A stretch of 64,000 bases of DNA from a virus. The notes beneath the pieces are model-generated. The model had not been told where the DNA came from, did not search any database, and saw nothing but the letters and a program-made list of their open reading frames with translations. A program made the translations under genes and the position numbers. Positions 14,206 through 21,600 of the stretch are shown piece after piece. Location of the stretch: the IMG/VR virus record IMGVR_UViG_3300047289_000086. The stretch is one strand, 5' to 3'. Numbering within the stretch: the stretch's first letter is position 1; every line of letters begins with the position of its first letter.

Positions 14206-14300
14206 AATGTTAGTGGGCACTTACTACCCAGGCTTTACCCCTACTCGAATCAGGGTTATTCCCCCAATGTTAGTGGGTACTCACTACCCAGGCTTTACCC
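14206..14300. repeat. two 35 bp direct repeats with a 60 bp period
   Basis: AATGTTAGTGGGCACTTACTACCCAGGCTTTACCC (14206-14240) and AATGTTAGTGGGTACTCACTACCCAGGCTTTACCC (14266-14300). Confidence 0.8.
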
Positions 14301-14307
14301 TATGTGA

Positions 14308-14339
14308 TAATATTATAGGGGTTTACCCCTATAATATTA
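14308..14339. repeat. perfect 14 bp-arm palindrome
   Basis: TAATATTATAGGGG ttta CCCCTATAATATTA. The core ATAGGGGTTTACCCCTAT recurs at the -35 of cassettes C, E and F. Confidence 0.85.
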
Positions 14340-14495
14340 ATCTACCTGAATATCGACAATTTTATTATCACGAATAATAAAATACATGTTAAGGTTATTA
14401 AACGCAACCCAAACACAATCATTACCCTTTGCCATATTATATATTGCAGAAGGGTATTTTCTCATCATATATTCACGAACGATTTGATAATCCAT
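14337..14495 (-). CDS. hypothetical 52 aa protein (below cutoff)
   Basis: Hand translation MDYQIVREYMMRKYPSAIYNMAKGNDCVWVAFNNLNMYFIIRDNKIVDIQVD. GGGAGA RBS. Confidence 0.4.
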   Translation of the reverse strand: MDYQIVREYMMRKYPSAIYNMAKGNDCVWVAFNNLNMYFIIRDNKIVDIQVD

Positions 14496-14496
14496 T

Positions 14497-14664
14497 TTAT
14501 TCTCCCTTATAATATTGTGATATTGCCGAGCGATACTCAGATATTGTATTAAAGCGAATATTATGTTTATCGCAAAATGCTTTAAATTCTATTACCTGAG
14601 CATCATTATATTTTGCATATAATACGTCACCTAATACAAAATTGTTTAGTTCATCTTTAGTCAT
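14497..14664 (-). CDS. hypothetical protein
   Basis: Start MTKDEL at 14664 after a GGAGA RBS. Confidence 0.45.
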   Translation of the reverse strand: MTKDELNNFVLGDVLYAKYNDAQVIEFKAFCDKHNIRFNTISEYRSAISQYYKGE

Positions 14665-14711
14665 TTTATTATCTCCGATTATATTATCTATTAAGGGAAA
14701 ACCCTTTCGGG

Positions 14712-15125
14712 TTAACCCTGCCAACCTTGCTTGTCCAATAATTGCAAGGTGCTATGTGATGCACCCATATTGCACATTTCAAACCATGTCACAATATCCA
14801 TGTCACCTTTGAGGGTATTCCATTTTGTGCAAGCAAGGTGAATATTATCAAGGGTATACCCTAATGCAGGGTATTTGCGATCAATGCTTGCGACCATTGG
14901 GTTTTTGCCGAATTTGCCCTTGCCATACCAATCACCGCCTCGCACCAATTCCATGCGTTGACCAGTTAACCCGCATAAACCATTTTGACCCTTGAACATG
15001 CCCTCAAGAAATGTAGGGGTAATTCTGGAATCAAAAACGATGCCGTCTTTTTTAGCCCTACATTTTGCCCAACGTACAGAATCAGAGAAAAAAAGTTCAA
15101 GAGGGGTTTTAGTGCTTTTTGCCAT
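14712..15125 (-). CDS. HNH/His-Me-finger-like nuclease (tentative)
   Basis: SIDRKYPALGYTLDNIHLACTKWNTLKG resembles the DRID..GY..N....C..N..K module of phage HNH enzymes. Confidence 0.5.
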   Translation of the reverse strand: MAKSTKTPLELFFSDSVRWAKCRAKKDGIVFDSRITPTFLEGMFKGQNGLCGLTGQRMELVRGGDWYGKGKFGKNPMVASIDRKYPALGYTLDNIHLACTKWNTLKGDMDIVTWFEMCNMGASHSTLQLLDKQGWQG

Positions 15126-15427
15126 TTTGAGTACCTTTGTTTGCAGTTTGGGAGAGTTGCCCTTTGCTTCTCTCTTGAATGTATTTTACACGTGTTTTTA
15201 GTGAGGTCAACCCCTTTATGCAAATTTTGCATAACTATTTTTCTAGGCTATCCCGACTAGCAAGAATCGTGCCGGCATGGATCTTGCTAGTGTAAGTTGA
15301 AATTGAATACTTTTGTTTCCAGACTGGGGCGGTTATCAGACACATATACCCCCTAGGGTATATCGGCCCCCCGACACGGCCTATTTAAGGAAAATTTCCA
15401 AACCCCCTAAGGTGCCAAAATCCACAC

Positions 15428-15456
15428 TTGCTAAAATAGTCCTAAACTGGTATAAT
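15428..15456 (+). promoter_or_regulatory. sigma70-type promoter of the packaging/structural module
   Basis: TTGCTA-N17-TATAAT, 20 nt upstream of terS. Confidence 0.6.
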
Positions 15457-15476
15457 CAACACAAAAGGACACAATT

Positions 15477-15950
15477 ATGACCACTCATTTACCTGCAGAA
15501 ACTGTACGCATCAGCCCCGAAGCACTAGAAGTTGCCAATGCCTACCTGCAACTTAATGATGCCAGAGCCGTTGCCCAAGAATTAGATCTAGACCCTGAAG
15601 TGGTAACTAGTTTATTAGCTAAACGTGAAGTAAAATCATATATTGATTCAGTATTCTTCGATTCAGGCTATAACAACAGATTTTTAATGCGACGTGCTAT
15701 GGATGCACTAATTAAACAAAAGTTCTCGGAACTAGAAGAATCACAAACTGGTTCAACCAAAGATATTGCTGAACTGCTACAAATGTCCCATAAAATGTCA
15801 ATGGACTTAATGGATCGTGAAATTCAGCTAGCCAAAGCGCAACAAGCTGTTGGCCCACAAAAGCAAGTTAACGTTCAAATCAATGACGCACTAGACGGAT
15901 CAAAGTACTCACAACTAGTGCAGCGTTTAATCACTGGTGAAGGTGTGTAA
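15477..15950 (+). CDS. terS: terminase small subunit (by position and HTH-like N-terminus)
   Basis: First gene after the promoter at 15428-15456. 157 aa, N-terminal HTH-like region. Confidence 0.6.
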   Translation: MTTHLPAETVRISPEALEVANAYLQLNDARAVAQELDLDPEVVTSLLAKREVKSYIDSVFFDSGYNNRFLMRRAMDALIKQKFSELEESQTGSTKDIAELLQMSHKMSMDLMDREIQLAKAQQAVGPQKQVNVQINDALDGSKYSQLVQRLITGEGV

Positions 15951-16747
15951 TGTTGCCTACTACGTATCGCTCAATATTTATTAGCGATGTACACTTAGGC
16001 ACTCGTGACTCACAAGCAGACCGCTTAAACAATTTTCTCAAACACAACACCTGTGACACCCTATATCTTGTAGGCGATATCATTGATGCTTGGAAGATTC
16101 AACAGAACAAATGGCGTTGGAAGCAGAGCCATACCAATGTGGTACGAAGAGTATTAGGTCATGCTAAACGTGGAACTCGCGTTGTTTACATTGCAGGCAA
16201 TCATGACGAGTTTTTGCGACCCATGATACCTTATGGTTTCAGTTTTGGACTAGTAGAGATACACAATCAAATCGAGCACATAGGTGCTGATGGCAAACAC
16301 TATTTAGTAACACACGGCGACTTATTTGACGGAATTACTCGTTTAGCGCCTTGGATAGCGTTTTTAGGAGACAAGGCATATGACGCAGTTTTATCACTCA
16401 ACTCTAAATATAATTGGATACGTCGTCGTTTGGGTTTTGGGTACTTTAGCCTTAGCAAGTTCCTTAAGCACAAGGTCAAAAAAGCTGTAGATTTTATGTT
16501 TAAGTTTGAGCAGAATCTAGCTGGTTACTGTAAAAAACGAGGATATGACGGAGTAATATGTGGACATATACATCATGCAGAAATTAAAGAGATTGATGGT
16601 GTCGCATACATGAATGACGGAGACTGGGTGGAGTCATGTACTGCACTTGTAGAACATCACGATGGACGTTGGGAAATCGTAACATGGACAAGGAGTAGTG
16701 ATGAACCTAAGCGAGAAGATAACAATAGTAATACCCTCGAAAAATGA
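15950..16747 (+). CDS. LpxH-family calcineurin-like metallophosphoesterase
   Basis: Motifs ISDVHLG, LVGDIIDAW, GNHDEF, THGD and GHIHH occur in the order typical of the UDP-2,3-diacylglucosamine hydrolase family. Confidence 0.75.
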   Translation: MLPTTYRSIFISDVHLGTRDSQADRLNNFLKHNTCDTLYLVGDIIDAWKIQQNKWRWKQSHTNVVRRVLGHAKRGTRVVYIAGNHDEFLRPMIPYGFSFGLVEIHNQIEHIGADGKHYLVTHGDLFDGITRLAPWIAFLGDKAYDAVLSLNSKYNWIRRRLGFGYFSLSKFLKHKVKKAVDFMFKFEQNLAGYCKKRGYDGVICGHIHHAEIKEIDGVAYMNDGDWVESCTALVEHHDGRWEIVTWTRSSDEPKREDNNSNTLEK

Positions 16748-17411
16748 GGAAAACTATATAGCCCATTTACTAGATAACCTAATAACTCAAGAAGTTGGTT
16801 TTACTAAGATTATTGTGGCTGATTGCTCTACGGACAAGACTCGTAGTGTAATAGACTTATATCGACCACGCCTTAACATTGAAGTTATTGAAGGCGGACC
16901 AGTTAGCTTAGCAAAGAACCGGGGTGCTAAATTAGTTAATACTCCCTACATTTTATTCATCGATGCTGATGTGCGTTTCTTTAAGTCTACAGTTATCTAT
17001 GATGCAGTCAATGCACTAGAAGCTGAAAACTTAGACTTGGTTGGATTAAATGCCAAGTGTTATGACGGTGACATACGAGCACAAATTGGTTTCTCCGCAT
17101 TTAATGTAATAAATCACGTACTAAAACACTTTTCGCCATTTGCAGTCGGTGCATTTATGTTAACGCGCCGTGACAAGTTTATAGAACTAGGCGGATTTCC
17201 TGAACAGTTTGCTACTAGTGAAGATTACTTCCTGAGTCGCAAGTACAGTGTTAACAGGTTTAAGTTACTTAATCACTACTTTGGACAAGACTCACGTAGG
17301 TTTCGCAAGATGGGTTATTTTGGTATGTCAAAGTACTTAATCAAGAATTTCTGGAATCGCAACAACAAAGCTTATTGGGATAACCTAGACTCTTCAAAGT
17401 ACTGGACTTAA
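16698..17411 (+). CDS. family 2 glycosyltransferase
   Basis: ITIVIPSKNEE...DCSTDKT...FIDADV is a GT-A fold signature. Confidence 0.8.
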   Translation: MMNLSEKITIVIPSKNEENYIAHLLDNLITQEVGFTKIIVADCSTDKTRSVIDLYRPRLNIEVIEGGPVSLAKNRGAKLVNTPYILFIDADVRFFKSTVIYDAVNALEAENLDLVGLNAKCYDGDIRAQIGFSAFNVINHVLKHFSPFAVGAFMLTRRDKFIELGGFPEQFATSEDYFLSRKYSVNRFKLLNHYFGQDSRRFRKMGYFGMSKYLIKNFWNRNNKAYWDNLDSSKYWT

Positions 17412-17412
17412 A

Positions 17413-18006
17413 ATGCTACCACAAATTGGAGACGTGGATGTATACGACAAAATCAATCCCGAAGACCTTTGGTGTGCAGATAAACTTATTTTAGCCAAAC
17501 GACTAGGATACTACTGCGGCCCAGCAGGAATAGCCCCCAAACCAGGTAAGTATATAGTACGCCCAGTAATAAACTTAAAAATGATGGGTGTTGGTGCTAC
17601 AGTAGAATATTTAGACCGCGACTCAATTCCTGATGGTTATTTTTGGTGTGAAGTGTTCGAAGGCCGACACTTGAGTTTTGACTACAACTACGGCAAGCAA
17701 ACCTTAGCAGTTGAAGGATTTAAAACCAATCCACATCGACTTGACAGATTTTCACACTGGAGCCGTGTTCAAGACATTTTCGAACTACCACCAGTACTGC
17801 AAACAGTAGCAGAGAAATACCCTTGGTTTAATGTTGAGGCTATTGGCGACAAGGTAATAGAAGTACACTTCCGTTACAACGATGATTTTGCAAATCATAC
17901 CGCTCAAACTATTGTACCCGTATGGCAAGACGAATTCTATGCTAGTGAGTGTGGAGACCGTTTAGGTTTTATATTAATAAAGGATACTGATGCTAAAAGT
18001 GCTTAA
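17413..18006 (+). CDS. hypothetical protein (possible ATP-grasp fold)
   Basis: 197 aa. YIVRPVINLKMMGVGA and NVEAIGDKVIEVHFR resemble ATP-grasp strands (weak). Confidence 0.5.
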   Translation: MLPQIGDVDVYDKINPEDLWCADKLILAKRLGYYCGPAGIAPKPGKYIVRPVINLKMMGVGATVEYLDRDSIPDGYFWCEVFEGRHLSFDYNYGKQTLAVEGFKTNPHRLDRFSHWSRVQDIFELPPVLQTVAEKYPWFNVEAIGDKVIEVHFRYNDDFANHTAQTIVPVWQDEFYASECGDRLGFILIKDTDAKSA

Positions 18007-18149
18007 CAAATCAATAACTCCAGTTTGTGTGACACTAGCATACATATCATATGTAAATCCTAGCCATTGCGGAGGATTTCATCTAGAAATGCCCCTAATG
18101 TGGCTGGTAATGGCTGTAGCGCATATACAGCCATGGATAGAAGGATAAA

Positions 18150-19436
18150 ATGTTAGTAGTCTCACGACCAGATATCAATGTCGATGTTATACAAGAGTTT
18201 GATCCTCAACAGAGGTTTATTAAGCTACCCATAACAAATTACTTAAAACTGTTGGATGTATACGACACAATCAATCGCCCACAGGTTGCACTCATAAACG
18301 CAGTCAACGATCCCAAATACAGGTTTATCTGTGCTGCACTAGCACGCAGGCTTGGCAAAACTTATATTGCCAACATCATTGGTCAGTTAGTTACACTTGT
18401 ACCTGGCAGTAATGTGCTGATCATTTCACCTAACTATAACTTATCTTCAATATCATTTGAACTCCAACGCAAACTCATCAAACACTTCGACCTCGAAGTC
18501 GCACGTGACAACCTCAAAGACAAAATTATCGAACTCAGCAACGGTTCTACCATTCGTATGGGTTCTCTTAGTACCGTTGATAGTACTGTTGGTCGATCAT
18601 ATGACTTAATCATATTTGATGAGGCTGCCCTAGGCGAAGGCGGTGAAGCAGCTTTTAATGTTGCGCTTAGACCTACACTAGACAAGCCCCAAGCCAAAGC
18701 CATTTTTATCTCTACACCTCGTGGTCGTAACAATTGGTTTTCGCAGTTTTGGCAGCGTGGATTTGATCCAGGTTTCCCCGAGTGGATATCACTGCAAGCA
18801 GATTACACTGAAAATACCCGCATGGCTGAGTCAGACGTTGCCGAAGCGCGACGCTCAATGTCAAAGTCAGAGTTCGAACAAGAATATTTAGCCTCATTTT
18901 CCGTATTTGAGGGTCAGATTTACACACTACAGGATACAGATGTTATTGACATTCCAGAAGATATTAAAGGCGAAGCGTTTGCTGGATGCGACCCTGGTTA
19001 CCGAGACGCTACTGCTTATTGCGCTATCGTTTACGATTGGAACCGCGATTGCTTTTTTATTGTCGACGAATACTTAAAGTCGGAAAAAACTACAGCAGAA
19101 CACGCAGAAGCATTTACTCAAATGAATGAGAAACACGGAGTTGAAGTTACTTTTATTGACTCGGCAGCTGCACAGTTTGCAGGTGACTTGGCTTATCTCT
19201 ACAACATTTCAACTACCAAAGCTAAAAAAGATGTCTTACCAGGCATTGCGTATGTTCAGACCTTGTTACAACAGGGTCGATTAAAGGTTGCTCCACATTG
19301 CACTAACGTGCGAGCCATGTTTGACCAGTATCGCTGGGACCAACGTGAGGGGCTCCAGCGTGAGCGTCCAATGCATGATGATTATAGTCACATGGCCGAT
19401 GCCGTCAGATATGCGCTGTATACCTATACTGTTTAA
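18150..19436 (+). CDS. terL: terminase large subunit
   Basis: Walker A-like RRLGKT, Walker B LIIFDEAA, C-terminal nuclease-like domain, 428 aa. Confidence 0.9.
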   Translation: MLVVSRPDINVDVIQEFDPQQRFIKLPITNYLKLLDVYDTINRPQVALINAVNDPKYRFICAALARRLGKTYIANIIGQLVTLVPGSNVLIISPNYNLSSISFELQRKLIKHFDLEVARDNLKDKIIELSNGSTIRMGSLSTVDSTVGRSYDLIIFDEAALGEGGEAAFNVALRPTLDKPQAKAIFISTPRGRNNWFSQFWQRGFDPGFPEWISLQADYTENTRMAESDVAEARRSMSKSEFEQEYLASFSVFEGQIYTLQDTDVIDIPEDIKGEAFAGCDPGYRDATAYCAIVYDWNRDCFFIVDEYLKSEKTTAEHAEAFTQMNEKHGVEVTFIDSAAAQFAGDLAYLYNISTTKAKKDVLPGIAYVQTLLQQGRLKVAPHCTNVRAMFDQYRWDQREGLQRERPMHDDYSHMADAVRYALYTYTV

Positions 19437-19456
19437 TGCCACAAAAAATTTGTGCA

Positions 19457-19485
19457 TTGACTTTTTGTTGCTTTGCTGTTATAAT
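19457..19485 (+). promoter_or_regulatory. sigma70-type promoter of the dps moron
   Basis: TTGACT-N17-TATAAT. Confidence 0.65.
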
Positions 19486-19527
19486 ACTAGGTAATTGTGG
19501 TGTACTTTGTACCCCTTGGAGAACAAA

Positions 19528-19968
19528 ATGGATAAAACAGAATACGAAGCAATGCTAAAAGCAGCTTTTGCCTCAGAGTTTAGCTTCTTTCTGAAAGCTG
19601 CTAATTTTCACTGGAATGTCGAAGGCAATATGTTTCAACAGTATCATGAACTGTTTGGTAACATTTATGCTGAAGTATATGGCAGCATTGACAGGTTTGC
19701 AGAAGAACTACGCGCATTACGAGTTTATGCACCTGCTAGTTTTAAAACATTTGAAGAGATTTCACAAGTTGAGTGTCAAGAAGACGTGCCCAGTGCTATG
19801 CAAATGAGTCAAGAACTTTTAGCTGATAGTGATCTAATGGCTGAGATGTTTCGTAATGCTTACGTAACCGCCGAATCAATGCGCGATTTTGGATTAGCAA
19901 ATTTCTTAGCAGATCGTCAAGATGCTCACAAAAAACATTCATGGATGTTACGTTCTACACTAAAATAA
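19528..19968 (+). CDS. dps: Dps/ferritin-like protein
   Basis: FHWNVEGNMFQQYHELF...Y is the Dps ferroxidase-site pattern. GGAG RBS. Own consensus promoter. Confidence 0.8.
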   Translation: MDKTEYEAMLKAAFASEFSFFLKAANFHWNVEGNMFQQYHELFGNIYAEVYGSIDRFAEELRALRVYAPASFKTFEEISQVECQEDVPSAMQMSQELLADSDLMAEMFRNAYVTAESMRDFGLANFLADRQDAHKKHSWMLRSTLK

Positions 19969-20406
19969 ATGGCTAAGAACACAAATAAACGAATCCCTGT
20001 AAAGTGGGTTCGTGACAGGGCTAAAGCAGCCTATGAAAAGAAAACAGAGTGCTGCGTTTGTGGAACAACCACAGACTTAGAACTCCATCACCTACATTCA
20101 GTTACTATACTCCTAGATAAATGGTCTGAAGCCCGTGGTTACGATATTTCAACAGATGCCGGTATTTTAGCTGTGCGAGATGAGTTTATTGAAGAGCACC
20201 ATACAGAGTTATATGACCAAGTTTACACCCTTTGTAATCGTCATCATGTAGCGCTGCACAGTGTTTACGGTAAGGCTCCCCGCCCTGGCAGTGAACCCAA
20301 ACAGGCTCACTGGATAGAAACGCAGCGTGCAAAACATACTGGCGGTACTGTTGAGACAGTTGTGCCTAAAAAGAGCTTTGGTAGTTTTTTCTCAGAGTTC
20401 ACTTAA
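19969..20406 (+). CDS. HNH endonuclease (packaging-associated position)
   Basis: CCVCG...LELHHLHS...LCNRHHVALH. Lies between terL and the portal gene. Confidence 0.6.
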   Translation: MAKNTNKRIPVKWVRDRAKAAYEKKTECCVCGTTTDLELHHLHSVTILLDKWSEARGYDISTDAGILAVRDEFIEEHHTELYDQVYTLCNRHHVALHSVYGKAPRPGSEPKQAHWIETQRAKHTGGTVETVVPKKSFGSFFSEFT

Positions 20407-20415
20407 GGGAAAACT

Positions 20416-21591
20416 ATGTCAAGATTTACAGACTGGATTGTTGAAAAACTTAATCCAGCACAAACGCGTATTGCTCAAGAAGCAGGTACGCAAATTGGTT
20501 CGCAAGCTAAGATAACATATCGTCAAAGCTTTCAGCAACTAGAGTCAGTTAATCGTTCAGTTAGTATGCTTGTTAATGCAGCTAGCTCACTAGATTACGA
20601 CGTCAAAGATAAGGTCGCAGAAGGCATTGTTGTTGGAATACGTCAAAAGTCGCTAAATACGCTGCTAAACTTTCGACCCAACCCTTATCAAAGCACCCAA
20701 GAATTTCGCCAAGCAATTTTCTCAGATTTGATCTTGGAAGGTAATGTGTTCATACACTTTGATGGTGTATTTATGTACCACTTGCCTGCAATTTCCACAG
20801 AAATTTTAACAGACACTAAAACGTTTATACGTGGATACCGTTACAACGGTATGGTTGATTTTAAAGAATCGGAAGTTTTTCACTTTCGTGATTTGAATTC
20901 ACAATCAATATATCGTGGTGCATCACGCTTAGAAGCAGCACAACGATCAATTGCTACACTACACGCAATGAAAGAGTTTCAAGAGAACTTTTTCGATAAC
21001 GGAGCTGTATTTGGTTTAGTTTTAACTTCAGAAAATACACTATCACAAGTTGCAAAAGAAAAAACAATTCAATACTGGTTACAGAAGTATTCAACTAAAC
21101 AAGGCGGTAAGCGTCCAGTTATTCTGGATAGTGGACTAAAGCCTGCAAATGTATCGAATCAAAACTTCAAAGATATGGATTTTGATCAATCAATTAAAAC
21201 ACACAATGAACTAATTATGCAATGTATTGGCATCCCACCTATTTTATTAGCTGGTGGAAATAATGCTAACATCTCGCCTAATCTAAGACTATTTTATTTA
21301 GAAACAGTAATGCCAGTTGTTCGTAAGTTTACATCAAGCCTAGAACGATACTTTGGATATGACATTGAAGCAATTACTGCTTCTGTGTCAGCACTACAAC
21401 CAGAATTAAAAGATCAAGCCGCTTACTATCAAGCATTAGTAAATGGTGGAATTATAACAGCTAATGAAGCAAGAAAAGAATTACGTTATGAGCCAAAAAC
21501 TGGCAGTGACGAAATAAGAATACCCGCCAATATTGCGGGTTCGGCTGCTGATCCGTCGACAGGTGGTAGGCCCACAGATAATCAGCAATAA
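20416..21591 (+). CDS. portal protein (HK97-like size class)
   Basis: 391 aa, positioned between terminase and protease/capsid. Confidence 0.85.
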   Translation: MSRFTDWIVEKLNPAQTRIAQEAGTQIGSQAKITYRQSFQQLESVNRSVSMLVNAASSLDYDVKDKVAEGIVVGIRQKSLNTLLNFRPNPYQSTQEFRQAIFSDLILEGNVFIHFDGVFMYHLPAISTEILTDTKTFIRGYRYNGMVDFKESEVFHFRDLNSQSIYRGASRLEAAQRSIATLHAMKEFQENFFDNGAVFGLVLTSENTLSQVAKEKTIQYWLQKYSTKQGGKRPVILDSGLKPANVSNQNFKDMDFDQSIKTHNELIMQCIGIPPILLAGGNNANISPNLRLFYLETVMPVVRKFTSSLERYFGYDIEAITASVSALQPELKDQAAYYQALVNGGIITANEARKELRYEPKTGSDEIRIPANIAGSAADPSTGGRPTDNQQ

Positions 21592-21600
21592 AGGGGTAAT

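Noticed and set aside
7100-14300. The dispersed identical hairpins (GTCGCTTTAAGCGAC and others) as a CRISPR-like or solitary-repeat anti-CRISPR RNA array.
   Set aside because: The spacing is irregular and the hairpins are of several unrelated types. Most have flanking T- or A-runs that explain them as terminators. The sequence alone gives no evidence of resemblance to a specific CRISPR repeat.
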